Source: an uncultured bacterium (lineage in GTDB: Bacteria > Verrucomicrobiota > Verrucomicrobiia > Limisphaerales > UBA8199). From it: a DNA stretch of 64,000 nucleotides. Positions 31,968 to 42,676 of the stretch are shown piece by piece; within the stretch, counting starts at the first letter, position 1; each line of letters begins with the position of its first letter. The translations under genes were made by a program, and so were the position numbers. A model generated the notes under the pieces. It saw only the letters and a program-made list of their open reading frames with translations, was not told where the DNA came from and searched no databases. The stretch is from positions 1 to 64,000 of the forward strand of contig CAVVMW010000018.1 of NCBI GenBank assembly GCA_963749495.1, read 5' to 3'.

Positions 31968-33149
31968 ATGCGCACGATTTACTTTGACTACAACGCCACG
32001 ACACCGCTGGACCCGGCAGTCCGCCGGGCCATGCTGCCCCTTCTGGACGAAATCTGGGGCAATCCGTCGAGTATCCATCATGTGGGGCGCCGCGCCCGCT
32101 CTGTGCTGGACGAAGCGCGGGAGCGGACGGCACACGTCCTGGCCTGCAAACCGAGCGAAATCGTCTTCACTGCCGGCGGCACGGAGAGCGTTAACCTGGC
32201 AATTTTCGGGACCGCGCGCCTGCTCCGCCACAGGGGCCGCCATATCGTCACGTCGGCAATCGAACATCATGCAGTGCTCCAGGCCTGCGATTACCTCCAG
32301 CGCAAAGAGAGCTTTGAGGTCACCCATCTGCCACTGGACCGCCACGGGCTCGTCTCGCCCGGCTCCCTCCGAGAGGCCCTGCGCGCGGACACCATCCTGG
32401 TTTCGATCATGGCCGCGAACAATGAGATTGGCACTGTGGAACCCATTGCTGAACTGGGCACGATCTGCCGCGAGCAAGGCGTCAAGTTCCATACGGACGC
32501 AGTTCAATGGCTGGGCAAGGAACCGCTCACCGCCATAGATCAGTTCAACGCCAACCTCGTCTCCATTTGCGCTCATAAGATCCACGGGCCCAAGGGTGCC
32601 GGCGCGCTCTTTATCCGGTCACCACTCTCGCCCGATCCGATCCTCTTCGGGGGCAGCCACGAAAATGAGCGCCGTGCCGGCACGCAGAACCTGCCTGCTA
32701 TTGTCGGCCTCACTGAAGCTCTGGAACGCTTCGTCCGCGAGCCCGTCTTTCCGAAAGCGCAACTCTATGCTCTGACCAAGCGGCTGCGCAAGGCGCTGGA
32801 AGGTCTCGAAGGTGTCCATATCCTCGGCCCAGACGAACAACGTCTGGCCAATACGCTTTCGTTCGTCGTGGAGAGCACGGACAGCATTGCCCTGCTGGCA
32901 GGATTGGACCTGGAGGGCATCTGCGCCTCCAGTGGCTCAGCTTGCTCCACCGGCTCGCTGAAGCCGTCCCATGTCGTTCGTGCCCTCGGCTTGGACAATT
33001 CCCTTGCGAACGCGCTGGTGCGCTTCTCCCTCGGCCGTGAGTCCACCCTGAGCGAGGTGAAACACGTGGAGCAAGTGCTGCCCCGGGTGATCCAGCGCGC
33101 ACAGCGAGCGTCTCGAATTTCGCCCCAACAACCTGTTGATTCGATGTAA
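31968..33149 (+). CDS. iscS: Cysteine desulfurase (IscS/NifS class)
   Basis: YFDYNATTP, GNPSSIH, AIEHHAV, HTDAVQ, AHKIHGPKG, SSGSACSTG. Confidence 0.93.
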   Translation: MRTIYFDYNATTPLDPAVRRAMLPLLDEIWGNPSSIHHVGRRARSVLDEARERTAHVLACKPSEIVFTAGGTESVNLAIFGTARLLRHRGRHIVTSAIEHHAVLQACDYLQRKESFEVTHLPLDRHGLVSPGSLREALRADTILVSIMAANNEIGTVEPIAELGTICREQGVKFHTDAVQWLGKEPLTAIDQFNANLVSICAHKIHGPKGAGALFIRSPLSPDPILFGGSHENERRAGTQNLPAIVGLTEALERFVREPVFPKAQLYALTKRLRKALEGLEGVHILGPDEQRLANTLSFVVESTDSIALLAGLDLEGICASSGSACSTGSLKPSHVVRALGLDNSLANALVRFSLGRESTLSEVKHVEQVLPRVIQRAQRASRISPQQPVDSM

Positions 33150-33226
33150 ACCGACTGGAACAAATGCGAACAACCCGAAATTGTGCGCGTTTCTTCACCA
33201 ATGCAGCCGAAAGTATCACCAGCCCT

Positions 33227-33282
33227 TTTTTCACAAATTGGCCTTGAAATCTTGACACCGCGAGTTGTTTGCCTTATTCACA
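33227..33282 (+). promoter_or_regulatory. Two DnaA boxes and a sigma70-like promoter upstream of dnaN
   Basis: TTTTTCACA 33227-33235 and TTATTCACA 33274-33282 fit TTWTNCACA; TTGACA at 33252-33257. Confidence 0.6.
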
Positions 33283-33332
33283 GCAGTTAATACGGATACG
33301 TTTTAGACTAAAACAAAGACTATTAAGCGCCC

Positions 33333-34442
33333 ATGAACCTGACCATCTCAAAGGAGCAAATCATCAATGGTCTGCAAGCCGTGCAGAACGTGGTCAGCAC
33401 CCGCACCACCCTGCCCATCCTGTCAAATGTCCTGCTGCGCGCGGAGGAGAACCGCCTGGAACTCACCGCTACTGACCTGGATGTGACCATCTCGTGCGCC
33501 GTGGAGGCCAAGGTCAAGAAAACAGGGGCGTCAACCGTGCCTGTCAAGAGGCTCTTCGGCATTGCTCGCGAATTGACCAATCTAGACCTGGATATCGAGG
33601 TGGATGAGAAGTTCGTTTGCGCCATTCGGTCCGGCCCCTCGTTTTACAAGATCAATGGCCTGAGCGCTGATGAGTTTCCGCCACTCCCTCAGTTCAAGGA
33701 AGACAAAAAGGTCGTCCTGCCCCAGGAAACGCTCAAGAGCATGCTCAGGAAGACGTCGTTCGCTATCTCGACGGACGAGTCCCGCTATGTGCTCAACGGC
33801 ATTTACATCAGCCTGAAGGAGCACAAGATGACCATGGTCGCCACCGATGGGCGGCGCTTAGCCTTGGTGGACGAAGAGGCCGATGTGTCCGAAAAGAGCC
33901 AAGGCGAGTTTATCGTTCCTGCCAAGACAGTCAATGAACTCAACCGCCTGCTCCAGGACAAGGGAACGGTAGAAATCCATTATGCGGAGAATCAGGCCTC
34001 GTTCACGCTCCTGGATGAAAAGGGCGGCTCCATTCTCATCATCACCAAGCTCGTTGAGGGCAACTACCCCAATTACCGCCAAGTCATCCCGTCTGAGATG
34101 AAGGAACGGGTCAGCCTGTTGCGCGAGGAGTTTCTCCATGCCCTGCGGCGCGCTGAACTGATGACCAGCGACAAGTCCAATTCTGTCAAGCTGGCTTTCG
34201 AGAAGAACAAGCTCGAAATCACCGCCAACTCACCGGACATTGGTGAGGCCAAGGAAACCCTGACCATCAATTACAAAGGCGCGGAGATGGCCATCGCCTT
34301 CAATCCGAAGTACGTGATTGACCCCTTGACCGCACTGACGAACGACGAAGTCTTCCTTGAGTTGATTGATGAGCTGAGTCCCGGTGTTCTCAAGATTAAC
34401 GGTCCGTTCCTCTACGTAGTCATGCCCATGCGCCTGGGCTAG
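33333..34442 (+). CDS. dnaN: DNA polymerase III beta clamp
   Basis: RTTLPILSNVLL, TATDLD, DESRYVLNG, VATDGRRL, GNYPNY, YVVMPMRL. Confidence 0.97.
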   Translation: MNLTISKEQIINGLQAVQNVVSTRTTLPILSNVLLRAEENRLELTATDLDVTISCAVEAKVKKTGASTVPVKRLFGIARELTNLDLDIEVDEKFVCAIRSGPSFYKINGLSADEFPPLPQFKEDKKVVLPQETLKSMLRKTSFAISTDESRYVLNGIYISLKEHKMTMVATDGRRLALVDEEADVSEKSQGEFIVPAKTVNELNRLLQDKGTVEIHYAENQASFTLLDEKGGSILIITKLVEGNYPNYRQVIPSEMKERVSLLREEFLHALRRAELMTSDKSNSVKLAFEKNKLEITANSPDIGEAKETLTINYKGAEMAIAFNPKYVIDPLTALTNDEVFLELIDELSPGVLKINGPFLYVVMPMRLG

Positions 34443-34479
34443 AGCGTAGAAGATTGCAGCAGGCTCTCGCCCCACGCGA

Positions 34480-34563
34480 AGCGTTTTGGACTGCGCGAGT
34501 CCTCTGGCGCTTTCGCCTCGGCAGGGTCTGAAAAGCGCCAGAGGACTGGCGCAGTGCAAAACC
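34480..34563. repeat. REP family TTTTGGACTGCG..CAGTCCAAAA
   Basis: Further copies at 36259-36343, 45343-45431, 59931-60020, a half copy at 58299-58357, collapsed forms at 19581 and 21268. Confidence 0.85.
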
Positions 34564-34649
34564 TGTGGGCTTGGCGGCGGTTCGCGGGCAGCGTCCAACG
34601 GCACCACACAGTTGCCAGTCAAGGCGGCTCTGCTACTCTACTGGCCATC

Positions 34650-36212
34650 ATGGCTTTCGACTCCTTTGCAGCATTCCTGGGCGCGCTAGAAAAGGCCGGT
34701 GAACTGATTCGCATTTCCCAGCCTGTTGCCACGGAACTTGAAATTACCGAAGTCGCGGATCGGGAGATGAAAAAGCCGGGCGGCGGGAGGGCGCTGCTCA
34801 TCGAGAAGCCGGTGGTCAACGGGCAGATGTCGCCGTTCCCGCTGGCCATCAATACTCTGGGTTCGCGGCAGCGAATGGCGCTGAGCCTTGGGTCGGACTC
34901 GGTCGAGTCAGTCGCCGCCGAGCTTGGCTCGCTCATGAAGGCGCAGCTGCCCACGAGCTTTCGGGAGGCCGTCCGCCTGCTCGGCACAGCGCTGGACCTG
35001 CGGCACGCAAGGCCCAAGCTCGTCAAAGATGGCCCGTGCAAAGAGGTTATTCACAAATTCGATGTTCCTCCATCCCGGAGCGAACCCTGGCCAACCGCGC
35101 CGGACTTGGAGCCAGTGCAACGGCCTGACCCTTCGATAGGGGCGCGTGCTGACTACCCGACGCTTCTCAACCTCCCCATCCTCAAGTGCTGGCCGCTGGA
35201 TGGCGGGCGGTTCATCACGCTGCCTTGCGTGGTCACGCGCGACCCGGACACCGGCGCCCGCAACGTCGGCATGTACCGAATGCAGGTTTATGACGAACGG
35301 ACCACGGGGATGCACTGGCAACTCCAGAAGGTCGGCGCCCGCCATGGGCGGCGCTATTATGAGACCGGCGCCCGCATGCCCGTGGCTGTCTTCCTGGGCG
35401 GCGACCCCGTCTTCACCTTCTGTGCTACCGCCCCTTTGCCGGACGGGCTTGACGAACTGGTGCTGGCAGGATACCTGCGCAGGAAATCCGTCGAATTGGT
35501 GAAATGCGAGACCAACGACCTCGAGGTCCCCGCCGGCGCCGACATCGTTATGGAAGGTTTCGTGGATCCTGGGGAACCGTTGCGCCAGGAGGGCCCGTTT
35601 GGCGATCACACGGGTTATTATTCCCTGCCCGAACCCTACCCGGTGTTTCACATCGCCGCCATCACCCACCGCAAGGACGCGGTTTATCCCGCCACGGTCG
35701 TCGGGATGCCGCCCATGGAGGACTTTTACATGGGCACGGCCTCAGTCCGGCTGTTCCTGCCGATCTTCAAGCTCAATTTCCCGGAGATCATCAACCTGGC
35801 CCTTCCGGCCGAAGGGGTCTTCCACAACCTGGTTTTCGTCAGCATCCGCAAGAGTTACCCCATGCAGGCCTACAAGCTCATGCACGGCCTCTGGGGCATG
35901 GGCCAGATGATGTTCAGCAAGTACATCATCGTGGTGGACGAGGACGTTGACGTGCAAAACACCAGCGAGGTCCTCTTCCGCCTGTGCGCCTGCACCGACC
36001 CGCAGCGGGACGTGATCTTCACCCGGGGCCCGGCCGATGTCCTCGACCATGCCACGACGGACCTGGCCGTGGGGACCAAGATGGGCATCGATGCGACCCG
36101 CAAACTGCCTGGCGAGGGCTTCAAACGCCCCTGGCCGCCGCTGATAAAGATGGACCCTGAAGTGAAGGCAAAGGTGGCGACGTTGTTTGAGGGGCGGCCT
36201 CCGCTATCTTGA
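34650..36212 (+). CDS. UbiD-family decarboxylase (menaquinone-type)
   Basis: DGGRFITLP, RNVGMYRMQ, EGPFGDHTGYY, GMPPMED, GMGQMMFSK, KMGIDAT. Confidence 0.92.
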   Translation: MAFDSFAAFLGALEKAGELIRISQPVATELEITEVADREMKKPGGGRALLIEKPVVNGQMSPFPLAINTLGSRQRMALSLGSDSVESVAAELGSLMKAQLPTSFREAVRLLGTALDLRHARPKLVKDGPCKEVIHKFDVPPSRSEPWPTAPDLEPVQRPDPSIGARADYPTLLNLPILKCWPLDGGRFITLPCVVTRDPDTGARNVGMYRMQVYDERTTGMHWQLQKVGARHGRRYYETGARMPVAVFLGGDPVFTFCATAPLPDGLDELVLAGYLRRKSVELVKCETNDLEVPAGADIVMEGFVDPGEPLRQEGPFGDHTGYYSLPEPYPVFHIAAITHRKDAVYPATVVGMPPMEDFYMGTASVRLFLPIFKLNFPEIINLALPAEGVFHNLVFVSIRKSYPMQAYKLMHGLWGMGQMMFSKYIIVVDEDVDVQNTSEVLFRLCACTDPQRDVIFTRGPADVLDHATTDLAVGTKMGIDATRKLPGEGFKRPWPPLIKMDPEVKAKVATLFEGRPPLS

Positions 36213-36367
36213 GATCGCGCATGGGGACCAGGAACTGGAGGGGCGTCCCCCGGGCGCGGAGCGTTTTGGACTGCGCCAGTCCTCTGGCGCTTTTTGGACC
36301 TTGGGGACGTGAAAGCGGCAGAGGACTGCCGCAGTCCAAAACCTTCCGGGCTTCGGTTCGCAGCGGA

Positions 36368-36932
36368 TTATCGTCGCTTCAACAATTCCGCCACATCCAC
36401 GGCGGCATCCGGGAAGGCCAGCGGGCGGGCCTTCTCGCCAGGGGAAAGGACCGTTGTCGAGGCGTAGCCGGTCAAATGGGGTTCGCGGTAAACCTCGAGG
36501 GTCTGCTCCTCGAGGTTTACGATCCAGACCTCGGAGATCCCGGCGCGTCCATAGGCGGGCAATTTCCTGCCGCGGTCGTAGGCGAGCGAAGTGGCGGCAA
36601 CTTCGATGAGCAAGAGGACATCCTCGGGGCCGGGGTGGCGGGTGCTGTAATAATCCGGCGCGGGTCGGAGCAGCATGAGGTCCGGCTGCGGCTCGGAATA
36701 CTCGTCCAGGTGGACCGGGTCCTGAACGGCCACCAGCCAGCGGCCCCTGGAAGCGTTGGGTGAAAAACTGATTCAGACGCTTTGTACCGCCTCCGTGCGG
36801 CGGACCAATGGGTGGCATATCAATAATCTCCCCATCTAACAGTTCAACTCGCGCATCAGGCCGAAGGACGCCCGTCTCGCCCATTCGGTAGTACTCCTCA
36901 ACGGTGAACCGATGTGTTGTTACAGCCGGCAT
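36368..36932 (-). CDS. Uma2-family (PD-(D/E)XK) endonuclease, frameshift near 36747
   Basis: HRFTVEEYYRM..RVELLDGEII.M.PIG.H; SEPQPD, LLIEVA, KLPAYGRAGISEVWIVNL. Confidence 0.85.
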
Positions 36933-36951
36933 ACGCCACAAAACTATCAAA

Positions 36952-38171
36952 TCATCCCGGCATTTGCAAACCCACCCTGGCGGCCACCTGGGTCAGGTCT
37001 TTGTCGCCGCGACCAGAGAGGTTGACAATCAGGAGCCGGTCCTTGGCCAGTTTGGGTGCGCGCTCGATGGCTTCGGCCACGGCGTGGGCGGACTCCAGTG
37101 CGGGGATGATGCCCTCCAGCCGCGCCAATTTCATAAACGCAGCCAGGGCCTGGTCGTCTGTGGCGTAGGTGTACTCGACACGCCCGCGGTCGCGCAGCCA
37201 GGCATGCTCGGGGCCGACTGCCGCATAATCCAGCCCCGCCGAGACGCTGTGAGTGAGCTGGACCTGGCCGAACTCGTCCTGGAGGATGTAGGAGCGCGTG
37301 CCCTGCAGAACGCCGAGCGAGCCCCCTGAAAACGCGCGGCGTGCCGGCCGGCCGCTATCCCCTCGCCGCCTGCCTCCACCCCCACCATCTTCACCGATGC
37401 GTCCTCCAGGAAGGGATAAAACAGGCCCATGGCGTTGGAGCCGCCGCCCACGCAGGCGATGAGCCCGTCCGGCAGGCGGCCTTCCTTTTCGAGGACCTGG
37501 CGCCGGGCTTCGTCCCCGATGACCCGCTGGAAGTTGCGCACCATGAGGGGATAGGGATGCGCGCCATAGACCGTGCCCAGGATGTAGTGCGTGGTGCGGA
37601 CGTTGGTCACCCAATCCCGCATCGCCTCGTTGATCGCCTCCTTGAGGGTCTGCTGCCCGGCCTTGACCGGCACCACCTCGGCGCCCAGCAACTGCATCCG
37701 CAAGACGTTCGGGGCCTGCCGCTCGCAATCGACCGCCCCCATATAGACCACGCACTGGAGACCGAACATGGCCGCCACCGTGGCCGTGGCCACCCCGTGC
37801 TGGCCCGCCCCCGTTTCCGCGATGATCCGCCTCTTGCCCATCCGCCGCGCCAGCAGGATCTGCCCGATGCAGTTGTTGATCTTGTGCGCGCCGGTGTGGA
37901 GCAGGTCCTCGCGCTTGAGATAAACCTTGGCCCCGCCCAGCTCCCGCGTGAGCCGCTCCGCAAAGTAGAGCGGCGTCGGCCGCCCGCAAAACTCCTTGAG
38001 ATAATACTCGAATTCCCGCACAAACGCCGGGTCCTCCCGCGCCCGAAAATACTCCGCCTCCAATTCCTGCAGAGGATGGACCAGCGTCTCCGGCACATAC
38101 CGCCCGCCGTAGGGACCGAAATGGCCCTGCGCATCCGGTGTCTCTGCCTCTGCCGCGGCTGACAAGCTCAT
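36952..38171 (-). CDS. trpB: Tryptophan synthase beta chain (frameshift near 37325)
   Basis: [43 protein letters not shown]; then [26 protein letters not shown]. Confidence 0.95.
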
Positions 38172-38228
38172 GCGCCGCACCATAGCCCGCGCCGCGGCGC
38201 TCGTCGAGGCTCCATCACAATCACGGGG

Positions 38229-38429
38229 GGGGCGTTGACAAAATCGTAGCGCAGGTTTCCAAACCTGCTGTATCGCCGATTTCCAATCGGCAGGGCGGCG
38301 GCATGTCGAGCGCCCCCGGTTTGCGGACGGCCTGCGGGTTTGGAAACCCGCGATACAGCAGGTTTGGAAACCTGCGCTACGCTGGCACCGCTGGCGCACA
38401 GGCGCCCCGAGCCACTTTGTCAGTGGCCC
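38229..38429. repeat. TIR-bounded GTAG-REP element, copy D
   Basis: Same structure as 19261, 20925 and 31711. Confidence 0.85.
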
Positions 38430-38495
38430 TGCCCAATCACCCAAGCCATCCGTGATTTGCCTTGTCTCCAGGGGGAGCTGTCGTAAGCTTCGAAC

Positions 38496-39197
38496 ATGGC
38501 GACACCTGCCGCACCAACCGTTGCGCCGGCCGGTCCGGCTGCCGAGGCCTCGAAGCCGTTGCTGGAGGCCGGGGATCGGCTCTCACGCGATGAATTCGAG
38601 CGCCGCTACGAGCGCATGCCGCATGTCAAGAAAGCCGAGCTCATCGAAGGAACCGTCTATATGCCATCACCTGTGCGCTTCTGCAGCCACGCCCAACCTC
38701 ACGGCCAGCTCGCCATCTGGCTGGGAGAGTATGCGGCTGAAACCCCCGGTGTGGGGTTCGCCGCTGACTCGACCGTGCGCTTGGATTTGGACAACGAACC
38801 GCAGCCCGATCTGGTGCTGTTCAAGCTGCCCGCCAGGGGCGGGCAAGCGCGTGTTTCGGCAGATGACTACCTGGAAGGAGCGCCCGAACTGGCCGTCGAG
38901 GTCGTCGCCAGTTCGCGCTCTTACGATCTGCACCAAAAGAAAGGCGCCTACCGCCGAAACGGAGTGCGCGAGTACGTCGCCTGGATTACGGGCGAACACC
39001 GCCTGGTCTGGTGGGAATTGAGGGAGGGGGAGTATCAGGAGATTGCCGCAGCGGCCGACGGCCTGCTCAAGAGCGGCGTGTTTCCCGGTCTATGGCTGGA
39101 CGCAGGGGCCCTGCTGCGCAGCGACATGAAGGCCGTCCTGGCGGCCTTGCGGCGCGGACTGGACAGCCCCGAGCGCCGCGCCTTCCTGGCCGCGTGA
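38496..39197 (+). CDS. Uma2-family endonuclease, paralog 1
   Basis: [53 protein letters not shown]. Confidence 0.9.
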   Translation: MATPAAPTVAPAGPAAEASKPLLEAGDRLSRDEFERRYERMPHVKKAELIEGTVYMPSPVRFCSHAQPHGQLAIWLGEYAAETPGVGFAADSTVRLDLDNEPQPDLVLFKLPARGGQARVSADDYLEGAPELAVEVVASSRSYDLHQKKGAYRRNGVREYVAWITGEHRLVWWELREGEYQEIAAAADGLLKSGVFPGLWLDAGALLRSDMKAVLAALRRGLDSPERRAFLAA

Positions 39198-39391
39198 GCG
39201 CCCGAAAAGGGATCCCGGAATTCTGGACGCACACCTCAGCCGGCACGCCGGCCTGATAGGCTCTTTCCAACGCCTCGGTGAGCCGCTCGGCCCCAAGTGC
39301 TGCCGCCCTCTTGACCAGGCGGATAGCCTGCGTCACGCGGACCCCTTCATGACCCCTTCATAGTGAGGACCGACACTTGCCTCTCAGATTC

Positions 39392-39778
39392 TTAATGACC
39401 CGCCAACCAGTCCTTCAGGTCCAGGCGGGAGGTGAAATCCACCGAAGCCTCACCCAACTCTTGAAGTTGACCGAAGGAGAACTGGCGGATGCGCGCTTCC
39501 CAGTCGGACTCCAGCGGGCCTAACCGCTTTTGCAATAGGCGCACGATGAGCTGGCATTCCCGTTCGCGCCCCTCCTCACGGCCTTCCTCGCGGCCAATCT
39601 TAATGCCCTCCTCTTTCCAACTGGTTGTCAGTTCCATAACGGCTGTCTTTTGCGCTTCGTCGAGCAACATAGCGGCCTGCTGCTGAAAAAGCAACTCCTC
39701 TTGTTGGTTGAGCCGCAAATAGGTGTCAATAAACCCCGAGATGAGCCGCATCCACGGCCCATCCAGGCGCAACGTCAC
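39392..39778 (-). pseudogene. C-terminal fragment of an Rpn/DUF4351-type protein
   Basis: ISGFIDTYLRLN, VMELTTSWKEEG..GREEGREEG, QLQELGEASVDFTS..DL..WL; nuclease domain absent. Confidence 0.75.
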
Positions 39779-39791
39779 CAGCGTGGGTCAA

Positions 39792-42667
39792 TTACGGCGG
39801 CAGTGCCATGACCCTGTAGAATCAATGGGTGTAGTTCGTTGCCAAGGGATCGTTGATGTAGGCGGCGGGGTCGGTGCTCACGAGGTACTGGATGGGCTGC
39901 CAGTCCACGAGGTTCGTGGAGGCCTGGATGAGCAGGTCGCAGCCGACGGGACCTTGCAAGACCATGGTGAAACCGTTTGTCCCCGAGAGCGCCGTCGCGT
40001 CGAGGCCCAGCTTTGGGGTGGCCGAGGCATGAGGTACGTTCCGGAAATCACCTGGCCGGTCCCGCCACTCATGCCAAGCCAGCCCGTCACCGAGTATGGG
40101 CCAGGCGGCACAGCGCCCGGCAGATGGAATTCCAGGTTGGTGCCGCCGGAGCCGGGAAGGTCAAACGCCAGGGAAAAATCGCCCGCCTCCGCGCCGGCGG
40201 AGTTCGTGAGCACAATTGTCACGGTGCCCGTCTGCGTTGCTCCGGTCCAATTCGTCACAGCCAACTGCATTGGCGCGCCCGCTCCGGGCGTGCCGTTGGG
40301 CACAAAGCCGCTCACTCCAACCGGGAACAACCCGCTGAAGGGGGCCGCAAATGCATCCAAAGAGAGGCTGTTCGTTCCGGTCGCGTCCGTGAACACCACG
40401 GTTGCCGGCGGCAAATTCGTTTGGGCGCCCGGTGCGACGAAGAGCGTAAAGGAGAAGCTGTCCTTCGCCAGGCCGTTGGTGGCGATTGTGTTGGACCACA
40501 CAATCGAGGACGCCTGCAGCGCGCCATCTGTGCCAAGGATCGTTATCCCGGGCGGAAGCGGCTGGGTCACCGTCGCAGAGAGGGGAATTGCAAACGGGTT
40601 CGCCACCTGGATTTGCGCCTGGTAAGCCTGGTTCGTGACGCTCTGAAACACGTAAGCCTTTATCGGATTCTCGAAGGTGAAGCTTGGTGTCTGGCCCTTT
40701 GCCACTGGGCCGGATGTCCTCCATTGCAGTGTCGAGGTCGCTTTGCCCACGTTGAAGAAGTCCGGATCGTTGTGGCCGAGCACATATATCGTGATTGCGC
40801 TGCCGCTGTCCGGCAGCGTTCCGTTGACGCCGTCAAAGTAATTCAACCGCAGGGTGGCCGTTTGCCCGGCGGGGATGGTCGCCGTGGCTGTGGTAAGCTG
40901 GGGGTAGGGTAGTGACCCGACGTTTACGCCAACGACGCCCACGCCGACCCTCAGGCTCACCGTGTGCTGCGATACGGCATAAGCGGTGAAGGCAGCGGAT
41001 TGCTTGCCCGTATTTTCTACGGTCACGAGCGAGACCCCGCCTGTAACCCTCTGTCCCGCCACAGCGGGGGTCGTCACCGGGTCCGCCCCAGCCCATGCGC
41101 CGTTGATATCGTACTCCGGCCCCGCCAATTGCGAGGCCACGCCCACCAGGCTGCCGGTGACGGGGTTGGGGCTGCGGCCCTCGGCCACCGCCATCAGGCC
41201 CGAGGCCGCGTTCGAGTATATCACTCCTGAAAAGTGCACACACGAAATGAGTGCGCTCACCGCGGTCAGGTAAGCCTGTGTGTTCTTGGCCAGGTTGGCC
41301 CGGTTCTGTTCCCAGTCCACGCCCGACTCGATTGCGTTGATGGTTTCGCCCGCGACTATGCCCCCAACGCCTCCCGCCATGCTGCCCAATGCGGCGCCAA
41401 TGACATCTGCCGCCGTGAACAGGGGCGTGAGGAAGTCCGTGCTCGAGAATTCGGAATCGCTCTGCATTGCCGAGAGCAAAGTGTCTTGGCTTATCAAAAT
41501 GAGCTTGATCGTGCGGTTGGCCTCCGTTCGGAGGCCCAAATCTATGGCGAATTCGGCGGACGCGCTCGCGCTGGCCGGCGGAACGCCGGCCGATAAGCCC
41601 TGCTGGGCCTCCGACAACGCCTGCGCGTGGACAGCGTTGCGGCTCCCTATATCTTGCGCTTCGAGGCTCAGGCCGGTGCTGGACCCGGCGATGTCCTCAA
41701 TGAGCTTCCCGATGCTAAGAGCGTTGTAGTCCTCGATTGAGGAGATTTCCGCGCTGAAAAACGCCTTGTCGAGCGCCGAGGCACTTGGACCAAGCAGCTC
41801 CTCCAGTGGAACCAGCGCCAGCAGGCCGCCCAGTCCGGCACTCAGTGCGATGGCGCCTTGCTGCGCGCGCTCGATGCCGGCCTGGTTTTGGAAGTAATCG
41901 CCGCACCGGCCTTCGTCCAGCGCGAGGTTCGCAAGGTATGGGCTGAGGTCGCTGCCCGCCTCGGAGGCCAGGCCCGCGATGGCATTGCTGAGACCCTGCC
42001 CCGGCGGGACAAAGGCGGGTGTGAATTGGACCGTGGGCGGGCTGTTCAGCCAGATGCAATCGGTCACGTCCTGGGCAGAGATCAGGACGGTGCCAGGTGT
42101 TTGGGATGTCATGGTCGCCGTGGCCAGGCCGCTGGCGTCGGTTGGGCTCGCCGGCTGCGTGATTGTGGCGAGCCGGGTGACGGCACCGGATGAGGTCTGC
42201 TCCACGGCGCTGATCGTCACGCTCTTTCCTGCAACGGGGGTGCCATTCCCATCCAGCAGGCGGACTGCCACCCTCACAGGGCTTCGGCCGTCTGCCGGGA
42301 CGGAGCTCGGCGAGGCTGTGACTTCCGAAGAACTGCCGAGCGTGCCCGAGGGAGCGCCCCAGCTCAGGTAGAAATAGCTCACCAGAGGGCTGGTTTCGAG
42401 AGCCAGAATTGAATCGCCCGGCCACTCGAAATATTGGTAGCTGACAATCGGGCTGCCGAGGAGGCCGTTGGTCAAGGCGTCAAAATATTGAAAACTGACG
42501 AAGGGGGAAAGGACACCGCCATTTGCGCGCGTTTCGCTGCCGGAATCCTCGGCGTATTGGTAACTCACGACTGGCGACATGAGATTGGTAATGGCATCGG
42601 CGGCAATCGTGGGGAACGATTGCAGAAGCAAGGCGGCCATTACTCCAAGGGGCTTGGGAAACCTCAT
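39792..42667 (-). CDS. Large secreted protein with Big_1 Ig-like domain and C-terminal FYR domain (frameshift near 40025, in-frame TGA at 39822-39824)
   Basis: Signal peptide; SEVTASPSSVPADG..LLDGNGTPVAGKSV..TDASGLAT; shifted tail IQASTNLVDW..DPLATNYTH*FYRV. Confidence 0.7.
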
Positions 42668-42676
42668 GCGAGCCTC

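Noticed and set aside
37320..37330. Programmed frameshifting in trpB or dinG
   Set aside because: No slippery-site or stimulator context seen; similar indels are scattered across many genes
38184..38444. N-terminal extensions of trpB (likewise pgi, the M50-like gene, AraC, ubiD, pseudopilin at 58201, amidohydrolase)
   Set aside because: Extensions mostly run through REP or heptamer repeats or other non-homologous DNA; family similarity starts at later start codons
39340..39361. GACCCCTTCAT tandem duplication as a RAYT-end scar
   Set aside because: Only the 6-bp GACCCC is shared; too short to support
39822..39824. Selenocysteine or TGA recoding
   Set aside because: Position fits the Arg of an RFYR motif (CGA to TGA); TGA serves as the normal stop throughout the window
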